This document shows positions 10,837 to 22,266 of a stretch of 64,000 nt of DNA, piece after piece. The position numbers were made by a program, and so were the translations under genes. The first letter of the stretch is position 1; each line of letters begins with the position of its first letter. The notes under the pieces were generated by a model. The model was given only the letters and a program-made list of their open reading frames with translations. It did no database searches and was not told the origin of the DNA. The DNA is from an uncultured bacterium (GTDB lineage: Bacteria > Electryoneota > RPQS01): NCBI GenBank assembly GCA_963735175.1, contig CAVTJX010000018.1, positions 132,872-196,871 on the forward strand, written 5' to 3'.

Positions 10837-13754
10837 ATCACCCTCGCGGATTGTGGAAGCAGCGAGTCGCGAAATTCCTGATGCAGCGGGATTCTCACGG
10901 GTCCCACGTCCTTTCTCTCATAGAGCCAATAGCCGTGCTCAAGCGCGAACAACAGAAGGTCGCGCGTGATTTCCACATCGTGTATGCAATACTCCGTCAC
11001 CAGATCCATCTGCCCGGCCTTGAACCACGCCAGGGACTGCAGTCCGTCGGCGCTTTTCTGCGCGCCCAGCGTGGCCCGCGCCAGGGTGTCGAGCTTCAGC
11101 CGTTTGCCCAGCGCGTGTTCAACAACTTTTAAAAGGTCGAGCGTCGGCAGCCGGTTCAAATTCTCAAACGTATATCCGCGCAGCACTTCGTAATCGAAGC
11201 GCAGTACATTAAAGCCCACCACGAGGTCGGCCCGCTTCAAATGCTCCAGCAAATCTTCGACATGCGCCTCGTCATAAGTAAACATGCGCTGATCGAGGCT
11301 GTCCCACACAGCTCCAATGGCCACGCGCATGTGCCGCGCCTCCGTCCAGCCGCCGACCTCTTCGGCAGAGCGCTGTGTTTCGAGATCGAAGACGACCACG
11401 CGTTTGTCGGAGGGCAGCTCGATCGGCTGCCACGGCGGTAGTTGCGGTTCCTCTGGGGCACCATGGGAGAGAACTATCCTGGTTTGCGGTATCTCGTCTG
11501 TGGAGACGGATTCCTGATCGCGTAACAACCAGTCGAGGGCAAACACCGCGCCGCGCTTGTCCAGCGGTTTGTTGCCCGCGCCGCACTTGGGCGATTGGAT
11601 GCACGAGGGACAACCGTCCAGGCAGGGGCAGGTGGCAATCAGCCGCCGCGTGCGCTCCAACGCCTCCTCGACCATTCGAAAAATGTGCTCAGCGATCCCC
11701 GCCCCGCCGGGATACCCGTCATAGAGGAATATCGCGCCGCCGTCGAGCTGCTTATGCCGCGTAAAACAAATGCCGCCGATGTCGTTGCGGTCGCAAAGCG
11801 CGAATAGCGGAATCAGTGAGATTGTCGCGTGCTCGATGGCGTGAATGCTGCCCATAAAGTGCCGCTCGGCCTGCGCCAATTCATCGCCGAGGAGCGTGGG
11901 AATCTCGATCCACAGACTGCTGGTGACGTAGCTTTGCGGCGGGAGATTCAGCGGTTCGACCGACAACAGCTCCTGCGAATAGACGCGCCGCCGCTCGTAG
12001 CTGTGATACGTCTCGGTGACTTTGACCTTGCCGACGTGCACGGTTAGTGATTGTACGCGGCGCTGTTCGCGATCGTCGATGATCTCCGTCTGCTTCTCCG
12101 AACGCACCATCGTGTAGTGCGAACAGACGATGGGCCGGACGTGGACCTTTTTCTTCTCGAGATCGAGGCGGTCCACATGATACTGTTCGCCGCGGTGCAG
12201 GTAAATCGCGCCGTCGTGGCACTCGCGAAACACGGCGCCGCCGGAGATTTCGCCCATTGAGGTTTGCTGACCCTCGCAGACGACCTCAAATGTTCCGCCA
12301 ACGTTGCGCAAACTGACGTTGGCGTGCGGCCGCGCCTGACCTGCGAACCAGTGTTTACCCGAGGCGCTTTTGGCAAGCAATCCCTGCCGCTCGAGGTCGG
12401 CGATGATCGCGGCGTGGCGCTCCACGTCGATGAACGGATCCGCGGCCATTAATGGAATTTCGGCTGCCGCCACTGGCAGATGCGCCCGCAGAATTTCCTC
12501 GTTGGAATTGTTGATCAGCGCAGATTCAAAGGACCGCGCGCGCAACTCACGCGGGTTGGAAACGAAATATTGATCGAGGGCATCCGTGCCGGCGACCATG
12601 ATGATCGCGCTTTCGTCGCCGCGCCGTCCGACGCGCCCGGCTCGCTGCCAGAACGACATCATACTGCCGGGATAGCCCGCGAGAATGCAAACGTCAAGTC
12701 CGCCGATGTCGATGCCAAGTTCGAGGGCGCTCGTGGATACCACACCGGCAAGTTCGCCCGCCGCCATGCGCTGCTCAATCTCCCGCCGCTCCTCGGGCAG
12801 GAAGCCCGCGCGGTAGGAACTCACGCGTTTGGCAAGATCGGGCCGCGAGTCGATGAGAATGCGGTGAATGACTTCGGTGTTAACGCGCGACTTGGTAAAG
12901 ACCAAAGTCTTCAGTCCCTGATCAAGCGCCTTGATCAGTAGTTTCGTCACCGTCGCGGTGAGCCCGATTTCGGAGTTCAGGAGCACGAGGTGCTTGCCCG
13001 ACGTGGGCGCGCCCGATTCCTGGACCAGCTCGAATTTCCGGTCGGTCAAAGTCTCCGCCAGCTCGAGCGGATTGGCGATGGTGGCCGAAAGGCAGATGAA
13101 CTGCGGGTTCGCGCCGTGATAAGCGAGCAGGCGTGAAAGCCGCTTGAAAACCTGCAGTATGTGCGACCCGAACACGCCCCGGTACGCGTGCAACTCGTCG
13201 ATCACCACATATTTCAACCGCCGCAGCATCTTCTCCCACCCTTGGTGGTAGGCGAGAATGCCCTGGTGCAGCATGTCCGGATTGGAAATCAGAAAGTGTG
13301 GCGGGTTGTCCTTGATCTTCGCGCGCAGCGGCCGCGGCGTGTCGCCGTCGAAGACCTCGCAGGTCAAATTGAACGTGTCGCGCAGCAGCTTCTGCCACTG
13401 CACGATCTTGCCGCGTTGGTCCTGTTCGAGCGCCTTCAGCGGAAAGAGTAGCAGCGCGCTGCTCTCGGGTTCGGCCAGGACCGCTTCGACGATAGGCAGA
13501 AAATATGTCAGCGTTTTACCGCTGGCGGTCGGAGTGACGACGACCGTGTGCTTGCCCGAACGGACCGCCTCGATAGCGGCGGTCTGATGCCGGTAAAGCT
13601 TGGGAATGCCAAGACGTTCAAGGCCGCGCGTCAGCACATCCGGCAACGGCGGCTCGAGTGCGCCATAGACGGCATCCTGCGGCGGCATGTATTCGTGGTG
13701 ACAAATCGCCTGTCGCAGTTCCGGATCGAGCGTTTCCAACAGCCTGTGGATCAT
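10833..13754 (-). CDS. MrfA/YprA-like DEAD/DEAH helicase (with the DUF1998 four-Cys domain) fused to a C-terminal MrfB/YprB-like DEDD 3'-5' exonuclease domain
   Basis: Helicase motifs VTPTASGKTL and DELH, then the Zn-binding CPCLDGCPSCIQSPKC, then a C-terminal domain with VVVFDLETQ and YCIHDVEI exonuclease motifs. It is one 973-aa ORF with no junk-like linker. Confidence 0.75.
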   Translation of the reverse strand: MIHRLLETLDPELRQAICHHEYMPPQDAVYGALEPPLPDVLTRGLERLGIPKLYRHQTAAIEAVRSGKHTVVVTPTASGKTLTYFLPIVEAVLAEPESSALLLFPLKALEQDQRGKIVQWQKLLRDTFNLTCEVFDGDTPRPLRAKIKDNPPHFLISNPDMLHQGILAYHQGWEKMLRRLKYVVIDELHAYRGVFGSHILQVFKRLSRLLAYHGANPQFICLSATIANPLELAETLTDRKFELVQESGAPTSGKHLVLLNSEIGLTATVTKLLIKALDQGLKTLVFTKSRVNTEVIHRILIDSRPDLAKRVSSYRAGFLPEERREIEQRMAAGELAGVVSTSALELGIDIGGLDVCILAGYPGSMMSFWQRAGRVGRRGDESAIIMVAGTDALDQYFVSNPRELRARSFESALINNSNEEILRAHLPVAAAEIPLMAADPFIDVERHAAIIADLERQGLLAKSASGKHWFAGQARPHANVSLRNVGGTFEVVCEGQQTSMGEISGGAVFRECHDGAIYLHRGEQYHVDRLDLEKKKVHVRPIVCSHYTMVRSEKQTEIIDDREQRRVQSLTVHVGKVKVTETYHSYERRRVYSQELLSVEPLNLPPQSYVTSSLWIEIPTLLGDELAQAERHFMGSIHAIEHATISLIPLFALCDRNDIGGICFTRHKQLDGGAIFLYDGYPGGAGIAEHIFRMVEEALERTRRLIATCPCLDGCPSCIQSPKCGAGNKPLDKRGAVFALDWLLRDQESVSTDEIPQTRIVLSHGAPEEPQLPPWQPIELPSDKRVVVFDLETQRSAEEVGGWTEARHMRVAIGAVWDSLDQRMFTYDEAHVEDLLEHLKRADLVVGFNVLRFDYEVLRGYTFENLNRLPTLDLLKVVEHALGKRLKLDTLARATLGAQKSADGLQSLAWFKAGQMDLVTEYCIHDVEITRDLLLFALEHGYWLYERKDVGPVRIPLHQEFRDSLLPQSARVM

Positions 13755-13778
13755 CGCGGGCAGCGCATTGCCGCCTCC

Positions 13779-14763
13779 TTAAAGCCGTCCGGTATCGCGG
13801 TAATAATCATGGGTCACACGCAGCGCGGCGGCGCATGAAAGTTCGCAGCCAAAGCCCCAGGCACGCCGGATCTTTTCGGAAGAGCAAAGCCAACCCGGAG
13901 CAAGAATTTCGCGAATCTTGTCACGATTTAAAAGCGCGGGTTTGCCGCTGAACTTCGCGCCGGTCTCGGCGAGCGCTGCAAGAATTTTCAGGGCGGGTAT
14001 TCCCAGCCGCAGGGCATGCACACGTTTTCCGGAAAAGTTCGCGATGATCCGGGCCGCCTCGCTCCAGTCGAGAGTCTCGTCGCTGGCGACGAAGTAGACG
14101 TCGTTCAAACCGCGGTCGATCTCGCCCGCAATCCGCAGCGCGCGCGCGAAATCCGCGACGCCGATGAAGCTGTAACTCTGGCCGCCGGCCCCGAACCGCG
14201 GGTAAACGCCAAAGCGCGTTACGGCCCGGAAGAGCGGCACGAACTGCTCGTCGCGCGGCCCCATGATCGACGGTGGCCGCAGCACAATCCACTCCATCTC
14301 TCCCGCCGCTGCGCGCAAGCGTTCTTCGCCTTCCAGCTTGCTGCGTCCGTAAGCGGAAATCGGCTGTGGCGGATCGTCTTCAGTCAGCGCCCGGCCATCG
14401 CGCGATGGCCCGGCCGCGGCCTGCGATGAGCACAAAATAAAGCGCCTTACCCCCCGCTCCACCGCGGCCCGCGCAAACTCTTCCACCGCCTGGCCGTTGA
14501 TCCGAGAAGAAAGCGCGCGGATCTGTTGTCTTGGTGAGACCCGCGCAATGCACCACCACATCGCATTCCGCCACGGCCGCTTCGAGCGAAGTCTGGTCTG
14601 TCATCGTTCCTACGGCAATCTCGATGGGCAGTGATTTCAGCCACACGAGCCGCCGCGGATCGCGTACCAACGCGCGCACCGTCCAGCCCGCCGCAAGGTA
14701 ATGCTCAACCGCGTGGCTGCCTACGAATCCGGTGCCGCCGGTGATCAGTACTCTTCGACTCAT
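13779..14763 (-). CDS. NAD-dependent epimerase/dehydratase (SDR family), frame-disrupted
   Basis: Rossmann motif ITGGTGFVGSH at the N-terminus (ORF 14380..14763). The catalytic YxxxK region sits in a second frame (13779..14561), with a 180-nt overlap between the two. Confidence 0.7.
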
Positions 14764-15206
14764 GGCGCGACGACCGCCCGCAAATCGGCGGGAATCTTCA
14801 CCGGCTTGCCATCGACCCCGACGAAACAGTGCTCCGTAAAACCCGTAGCAACGAGTTCCGCCGCGCTGGCGCGGCGAATCTCATAGTCGAACCGGATGCG
14901 ATAGGCGGAAGGCAGTGTCAGCCGCGTCAGAATCGTCAACGCGTCGTCGTAAATCGCGCCGCGGTGGTAGCGGCAGCCCGCCTCCACCACCGGCAGTTTC
15001 AAACCTTCGTCCTCCAGCGCGCGATAGGGACGCCATGCGCAGCGAATCAATTCCGTACGTCCGACCTCGAAATACGCGAGGTAATTGGCGTAGTAGACCC
15101 AGCCCATTGCATCAGTTTCCGCGTAGCGCACGCGGACCGTGGTGGCGTCGTCAAAGTGCGGGGTGTCAGCTTTCAAGCCAGAAACCCATGCGTTCGTACT
15201 TCTCAT
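14760..15206 (-). CDS. Acyl-CoA thioesterase (4HBT / YbgC-like hotdog fold)
   Basis: Hotdog-fold signature VRVRYAETDAMGWVYYANYLAYFEVGRTE. Confidence 0.7.
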   Translation of the reverse strand: MRSTNAWVSGLKADTPHFDDATTVRVRYAETDAMGWVYYANYLAYFEVGRTELIRCAWRPYRALEDEGLKLPVVEAGCRYHRGAIYDDALTILTRLTLPSAYRIRFDYEIRRASAAELVATGFTEHCFVGVDGKPVKIPADLRAVVAP

Positions 15207-16116
15207 GCCGCCGCGTCAGGAGTTCGCCGGCATCCATGGTTTTCAGTTTCGTCAGGCTGTCGACAATCCGCGCTTTTACCTTCTGGGCGATGCCGTCATA
15301 ATCATTGTGCGCTCCGCCCGCCGGTTCAGGAATAATGCTGTCGATGACGCCGAGTTCGACCAGGTCAGGCGCGGTCAGGCGCAATGACTCCGCGGCTTGC
15401 GGCGCCTGCGTCGCATCACGGTACAGTATCGAGGCGCAACCCTCGGGCGAAATCACGGAATAGATCGAATACTCAAGCATGTGGATTTCGTCGGCGACGG
15501 AAATCGCCAGCGCGCCGCCCGAACCGCCCTCGCCGATTACAAGACTGATCACCGGCACCGGCAGCTCCGCCATCGCATAGAGGTTGCGCGCGATGGCTTC
15601 GGCCTGTCCGCGCTCCTCGGCGCCGAGACCCGGATACGCGCCCGGAGTGTCAATCAGCGTCACCACCGGTCGCTTGAATTTCGCGGCGAAGCGCATTAAG
15701 CGCAGCGCCTTGCGGTAGCCTTCGGGATTCGCCATGGCGAAGTTGCGGTACAGATTGTCCTTCGTCCCCCGGCCCTTCTGGTGGCCGATCAGCATGACTT
15801 GCTCGCCGCCGATCACGGCCATCCCCGTCACCAGCGCGCGGTCGTCGGCGAAGCCGCGGTCGCCGTGCAGTTCGAGCCACGAATCGCAGATCCGCTGCAC
15901 GTAGTCGAGCGTATAAGGCCGGCGCGGATGCCGCGCGATCTGCACCTTCTGCCACGCGCTAAGGCTCTTGTACACTTCCTGCCGCATGTGCGCCGCTTTG
16001 CGTTCCATGCGGTCGATTTCCTGCGACAGGGATTTCATCCCGCTGCCCGTGGCCAGCGCGCGCATCTCCGCGATCTTGCGCTCGAGTTCCGCCACCGGCT
16101 TCTCGAAATCCATCAC
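15166..16116 (-). CDS. accA: Acetyl-CoA carboxylase carboxyltransferase alpha subunit
   Basis: 316 aa matching AccA throughout (HPRRPYTLDY, DTPGAYPG, GEGGSGGALA). Confidence 0.9.
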   Translation of the reverse strand: MMDFEKPVAELERKIAEMRALATGSGMKSLSQEIDRMERKAAHMRQEVYKSLSAWQKVQIARHPRRPYTLDYVQRICDSWLELHGDRGFADDRALVTGMAVIGGEQVMLIGHQKGRGTKDNLYRNFAMANPEGYRKALRLMRFAAKFKRPVVTLIDTPGAYPGLGAEERGQAEAIARNLYAMAELPVPVISLVIGEGGSGGALAISVADEIHMLEYSIYSVISPEGCASILYRDATQAPQAAESLRLTAPDLVELGVIDSIIPEPAGGAHNDYDGIAQKVKARIVDSLTKLKTMDAGELLTRRHEKYERMGFWLES

Positions 16117-16260
16117 AAAGGTATCGGCAAAGGAACCGCGCTGATTTGCGCCTGTGCGCGCGCTCTGCGGGTGTCAAAGATTTTGCTTCGGCCGCCTGAT
16201 TGGCCATAAATGATCCTTTCGCAAGTGGAGCGCGATCCGCCGGTTTGTCGTGCGTCGCAC

Positions 16261-17122
16261 TCATCGGAAGCGCCGTTCGAGCACGGACACGATGTCTACG
16301 CCCACCTTCGCCAGCGTCAAGACGAAGCGCGGATAGCGCATGGCCAGCCGCTTATCCATGAACAGTTTCATCGAATGGTAAAACTCGTGCCGGGCGCGCT
16401 TTCGCACCCGGCGCATGCTCGCGCCCTTGCGGTGTTCCACCACGGCCGTCGGGACATACCAGATTTCATGGCCCGCGCCCTTTAATTTCCAGCAAAGATC
16501 GATGTCTTCACCAAACAGGAAATAATCCTCATCGAAGCCGCCGACCGCTTCAAAACACTCGCGGCGGATCAGCATGAAACAGCCGGCAAGAGAATCGGTC
16601 GCCACTTCCAGTTCCGGAGGCAGGTCACGCCGGTAGTAACCGCCCAGCGCGCGACTGCGCGGCGCCAGCTTGTCGAAGCCGGTTAGATAGGCCAGCGAAT
16701 TTAGCGGCGTGGGGAAACCTCGTCGCGAATAATACTGGAAATGGCCTTCCAAATCGAGAATCCGGGGGCCGCAAGCCGCTGCTTCGGGTCGGTGATCCAG
16801 AAATCGCACCAGATCGGCGATTGCCCCGGACCGGATCACCGTATCGGGGTTCAGCACCAGCAAATACTCACCGGTCGCCTGTCGCGCGCCCTGGTTAATG
16901 GCCGGGCCAAAGCCGATATTCTCGGTATTCGCGCTCAGGCGCACCCACGGATGCGAGCGGCGGATGTGATCCGCGGTGCCGTCAACGGAAGCGTTGTCGA
17001 CGACCATGCATTCCCGCAGCCGGTCCCCCGCGGCGGATTTCAAGCTGTCGAGACAGGCATCGATATGCCGGCCGTGATTCGTAGGTGACAATCACGGCGG
17101 AAACCAAGTTGCGCGACGGCAT
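16261..17122 (-). CDS. Family 2 glycosyltransferase, frame-disrupted near 17095
   Basis: GT2 body with DxD (VVDNAS...). The N-terminal ~10 codons (MPSRNLVSAVIVTYES) are in another frame, and one extra G separates them from the body. The ATG directly abuts the stop of the upstream gene. Confidence 0.7.
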
Positions 17123-17836
17123 CTATAATTTTCCCAGGAGCGATCTCAGGCGCAGTTTCCAGACCATCAGCACCGCTTCGCGGATGATGGCTTTCGACAT
17201 CTTCGAGCTGCCGACGCGGCGATCGACGAAAATAATCGGAATTTCAAGATGCCGAAAACCGCGCTTCCACGCCTTGAAATTCATCTCGATCTGAAAGCTG
17301 TAGCCGCCGGAGCGGATCTTGTCAAGGTCAATCGCCTTCAGCACCTCGATGCGAAAACACTTGAAACCGCCCGTCGGATCCTTGATCGGCATCCCCGTAA
17401 TCACGCGCGTGTACATGGACGCGAAGTAGCTCAGCAGCAAGCGGCTGAGCGGCCAGTTGACGACGGACACACCATTAATGTAGCGCGAACCGAGGACAAA
17501 ATCGAAATCCTGAATCTTTTCGAGAAACCGCGGCAGGACGGCGGGATCGTGCGAAAAGTCCGCGTCCATCTCGAACACGATTTCGTAGTGTTCGGCAATG
17601 GCATACCTGAACCCGGCGACGTACGCTGTACCCAGGCCAAGTTTGCCGGGACGTTCGATGAGTTTGATGTGCCCGTTCGCCGCCGCGCGCTCTTTGACGC
17701 GCGCTGCGGTGCCGTCGGGTGAATTGTCGTCGACCACCAGCACGTCGAGACCCAGATTCTGTGTCAGGATGGCGTCAAGAATCGCGTCGACGGTATCGCG
17801 CTCATTGTACGTGGGAATAACGACGAGCCCTTTCAT
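17123..17836 (-). CDS. Polyprenol-phosphate mannose/glucose synthase (Dpm1/GtrB-like GT2)
   Basis: 237 aa with VVIPTYNE and VVDDNSPDGT motifs typical of dolichyl-phosphate mannosyltransferase-like enzymes. Confidence 0.8.
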   Translation of the reverse strand: MKGLVVIPTYNERDTVDAILDAILTQNLGLDVLVVDDNSPDGTAARVKERAAANGHIKLIERPGKLGLGTAYVAGFRYAIAEHYEIVFEMDADFSHDPAVLPRFLEKIQDFDFVLGSRYINGVSVVNWPLSRLLLSYFASMYTRVITGMPIKDPTGGFKCFRIEVLKAIDLDKIRSGGYSFQIEMNFKAWKRGFRHLEIPIIFVDRRVGSSKMSKAIIREAVLMVWKLRLRSLLGKL

Positions 17837-18292
17837 ATGCGGGCCCCCCGAGCTTTAAACTCAACCAGTTTTTCCCCGATCGCCGCATTGCCGAGCGCCA
17901 GGATGCGCGCCGCCAGTACGATGGAATTCTTCGCCCCCGCTTTGCCGATGGCCAACGTGGCCACGGGCACGCCCGCTGGCATCTGCACGGTCGACAACAA
18001 CGCATCCAGGCCGTTCAGCGCCGAACCCGGCAACGGCACACCGATCACCGGCAGCAGCGTTTCCGCCGCGCACACGCCCGCCAGATGCGCCGCCATGCCT
18101 GCGGCGGCAACGATGACTTTCGTTCCGTCCGCCGGAATCTGCGCCAGGCGCTCGCGCAAGCGCTCCGCGTCCCGGTGTGCCGAAAGCACCTTCAGTTCCG
18201 TGGTGATGCCAAAAAAGTCCGCGAGGGTGTCGATGCCCTCAAAGTACTCGCGATCCGATGCGGAAGCCGAGTAAAATCAGCACATGCGCCAT
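17833..18292 (-). CDS. purE: N5-carboxyaminoimidazole ribonucleotide mutase, frame-disrupted near 18262
   Basis: The PurE body sits in ORF 17833..18189. The N-terminus MAHVLILLG is in another frame, and one extra T separates it from ...SASDREYF. Confidence 0.8.
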
Positions 18293-18387
18293 CGTTCAGC
18301 CTTCCAGTATCGTTACTTGGGGATTGCCAGGTGTGGGGGGTAGGAAAAAGACCATCACCGGCATGACCGCGGGTGATGGTCTGTTTC

Positions 18388-19240
18388 CTAACGGCTAAAC
18401 CCTGCGAAGCGTCGCGCCGCCAACCGTTTCGTGGTCAGCGGGTGAAATCCACCGGTTTCGTCACCTTGTCGAAGTAGAATCCGCAGCCCGAGATTGCCGT
18501 AAGCGCCGCTGAGATTGACTTCCATCGGCCGCGTGCCATCGGGAACGTCGAGTACGGTCCGCGCTTGAGTCGCGTTGTCATAGTACGTGAAGTGCGATGT
18601 GTTCACGATCCGGCCGCCGCCTTGCGCGACCAGGCCCAGCCGCTTCGTCAGCAGGAATTCCACGCCGACACTGCCGAGCAGGCCAAAACCGCGACCCACG
18701 GCGTCATAGTAGTAACGGCCCTTGTAGTTGTCCTGAACCTGCAAGCTCGGTGTTGTAATAGGACAGGCCCGTGCCGAAATCAAGGTGGACCCGGTCGGTC
18801 AACGTCGCCACCAGGTTTCCCTTAATGAAAAACTCGTTGGCGTGCATCAGAATCTGACCCGAGGCGGTGTCGGGATTGGTATCGACCGTGTTTTCCACGT
18901 CGAGCAGGGCGTTGAAGCCCACTTCCCACATCGTGTGGCGCGACGGACGGTAGAGAAAGCTGAGACCCGCGGCCGGGCCGTTGTCGGCCTCGCTTAAGGT
19001 GTTGGCGACGCGGTTCGCGTTCAGATTCGCCTGCAGCGTCTCGATGCCGGGCGTCACATCGCCCATGTCATACATGCCGAAGCCGCCACGCAGTTCGAAT
19101 CCGTACTGCTGGGGGCTGTCATAGGCAAGTGCGGCGCTGGAACCCAGAGCTACAGCCACGGCGACGCAAATCAGAATGGTTCCAAATAGACGATGCATGT
19201 TCGAAGCCTCCATAAAAAGAAGTTGAGGACGGTTATGCAA
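18388..19240 (-). CDS. Outer-membrane beta-barrel protein (OmpA-like / porin-type barrel), frame-disrupted
   Basis: Signal peptide plus alternating beta-strand pattern. It is split across two overlapping ORFs in different frames (18388..18783 and 18704..19240). Confidence 0.5.
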
Positions 19241-19248
19241 TCAGACGC

Positions 19249-22181
19249 TCATTGGTGTGAGCGCGGGGTGGTAGTCGTGTCCGTCATGGGATTCCCGCGT
19301 AGTTGGTCCAGCCGCTGCTGCGCGGCTTTGTCCTGCGGATGGCGGCCTACCCAGCGTTCGAGCGTTGCGATCGCCCGCGGGGTATCGCCCATATTTTCGT
19401 AACACTGGAGCAACGCGCCGACGGTCTGGCCGTCGTTCGGATCCAGGGCGAAAGCCTTCTCAAAATACTCAGCCGCCAGGTTGAACGCGCCGGAACTGTA
19501 CAGTTCTCGACCCGCCGAGTAACACTGCTGCCCTGATGGATTTTCACCCAGCGCCTTCGCCAGCATCTGTCGCGCGCGGGCGGTGTCGTTCATATAGGCT
19601 GCCCACGCCGCGGCCAATCGCACTTGAGTTTCGAGACGCGGCGTTTCACGCTCGCTGGCGGATTCCAGACGCTTCTGTAGCTCTTCGGGCCGGCCCAGGT
19701 CAGCATACATCCGTCCAAGTTGCACGGACAATTCCGGGCTTGAAATCGGACGCACGACTCTCGGGGATCACCTCTTCCATGCGTAAGCAGAACGGCCAGC
19801 GACTTTTGCCGGTTCGATAGCCGGTCAAAGTTGGCCATCATCTTATCCAGCGATTCTTCCGGCGGTTTGACCGTCGTCGTGTCCGGCTGCGTTGAGTAGT
19901 GGTAGGCAAGCTGGAGGAAACCCGAACGATAATTCTGGAGCAGTTTTTCGACGTTGTCGTCAAAGTGCACGTCAGGATCGTCGATGCCGCGGAAGTGCCC
20001 GTCGAAAGTCCCGAAGAAGTTCTCCTTCACCTTCGCGGCGTCCATTGCCTCGCGCCCATGCGGATTGATGCGGAATACCAATCCCTCGAACGTCAGATAG
20101 TCGCGCAGTCCGATCATGTTGCTGTTGGCGACCGTCACCGCGAAATAAATCGGCTTTGGTACGCGTGTCTTGGCCGGGTCGTAATTCGTGCGCAGAATAT
20201 CAAGGATCATGATGTCCTGCACGCGCAGGAAATTGTTGGCTCCCGTGCGTTCACCCTGTTTCGTCGGGATGAACATCGCCGCGGGCATGGTCCATCCCAT
20301 GCGGCCTTCGGGAGTTTCAATTCGATCTTCTGCTTCTCCGGCGGCCAGAACCGCGCCATCAGCGCCTGGGCGTCGTGTTGGTCGAGATAGCGGTCGATGT
20401 ACGCGTCGCTGAAGGAAATCGGAACCTTGGCTTCGCGATGCTTCAGCTGCTTGATATACCAGCCGGTGTTCAGCAGGCTGAGGTTTACAATCCGCACATC
20501 GCGGCGGACGCCTTCCACCTCCTGCATGTACCACACCGGGAAGGTGTCGTTATCGCCGTTGGTAAAAACGATGCCGTTGGGCGCGCAGGACATCAGCATG
20601 TTGTAACTGTAGTCCCAGGCCACGTGGTTGCCGCTGCGGTCGTTCATCGGGTAGTTGCGCGCCAGCAGCATCACCGGGCTCGAGCAGAAACAGCAACGAC
20701 GCAACGGCGAGCGCGCCGGAGTGCCTCGACTGTGCCTTCCTGCAGCTTTTTGCCGACCCATTCGATGACGGCGGCGGCTCCCAGACCGATCCACAACGCA
20801 AAGGCGAAGAACGCACCTACGTAGGAATAGTCACGCTCGCGCGGCTGCGGATTGTCCTGATTCAAATAGAGCATAATCGCATAGCCGGTCATGAAAAACA
20901 CCGCGGCCACTACCAGCCAGCCGTGTCGGTCGCGGGTATACTGGTAGCCCAGCCCGAACAAGCCCAGGATGAAGGGCAGCGAAGTGAATACCGCCAGCCA
21001 CCGAACTATTCCCTGTGGCTCATATTGAAACAGTGAGAAGATCGAATACTTCGGCGAGACGCCCGCGTCCTGAAATTCTTCGTGTGGTGCGCCTTCGCGG
21101 CCGATGAATTGCCAGAAGAGGTAGCGGTTGAACATCTTCTGCACCTGGTATCGCCAGAAGTAGTCCGACTCGCTCTTGTATTCCGGATCGTTGTTCCAGT
21201 AGCGCGGGAACATCGGCCGGTCGCCGTACTGTTCACGGTTCAGATACGAAAAGAAGCGCGCCGGAGTATCCGGATCGTTCTCGTCGATGCCGGGATTCAG
21301 GTTCGAGCGGATGTAGATCATCGCATACGACGAATAGCCGACGACGATCAGAAACAATCCGGCCGTCGCGGCGCCGATGATCCCGTGCCGGTTCTTCACC
21401 GCCCAGGCGAAAATACGCCACCACGCCAATGATGATCACTGCCGGCGCCCACAGGAACAGCTTCGAAGCCGAGAGCGGCAGCCACTTCACGACGCCGGGA
21501 TAAATCATGATAAAAGCCAGCCCCGTCGCCGCCATCATTCCGACGAAAGTCTTCAGCTGGAATGTGCGGCGGCGGAAGTACATCAATAGCGCGATCGCCG
21601 GAAGCACCAGGACCATCAACAGGTGAACGCCGGTCGAAAGCCCGATCATGTAGGCGATCAGCAGCAGCCAGCGTTCGTTGCCCGGTTCATCGGCCTTCTC
21701 GTACCAGACGAGAATCAGCCAGACGACAATATGCGTGAAGAACTGGCTCATGGCGTAGACTTCCGACTCCACGGCGTTAAACCACATGGAGTAGGACCAC
21801 GCCAGAGAAAGCGAACCGATCATGCCGCCACCGTAGGCGACGATTTTATCCAGCGCCGTCTTTTCCTCGGCCGCGGATCATCCGGATCAGACGAACGATA
21901 ATCAGGTAGGCGAAAAGGATGGCAAACGCGCTGGCCAGCACCGACATCCACGTAACCCGCACGGCGATGTCATGCGAGATCGGCAACAGCGAAAACACGC
22001 GGCCCACCAGCAGGAACAACGGGGATCCCGGCGGATGCGGAACACCCATCTCATTGGCACAGGCTGTAAACTCGCCGCAATCCCAGAAGGAAACCGAGTC
22101 GGCCATCGTCAGCCCGTAGACAATCAGGGCCAGAACGAAGACCAAAGTTGCACACCAACGGTGTGTGTCGAATTTCACCAT
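19249..22181 (-). CDS. DUF2723 (TMEM260-like, GT-C-type) polytopic membrane protein with C-terminal TPR repeats, broken into six frames
   Basis: N-terminus MVKFDTHRW... with the DUF2723 signature. Six consecutive minus-strand ORFs (21846..22403, 21233..21823, 20671..21429, 20207..20794, 19590..20534, 19249..19755) read as pieces of one roughly 1000-aa protein. Confidence 0.6.
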
Positions 22182-22266
22182 CCCGCCGATATTTGAGTAT
22201 ATGTGGATTGCTTCTTCACGAAATAACGCCAGACGATGCTGCCCGGAAAAATCACACTGCCGCAGC

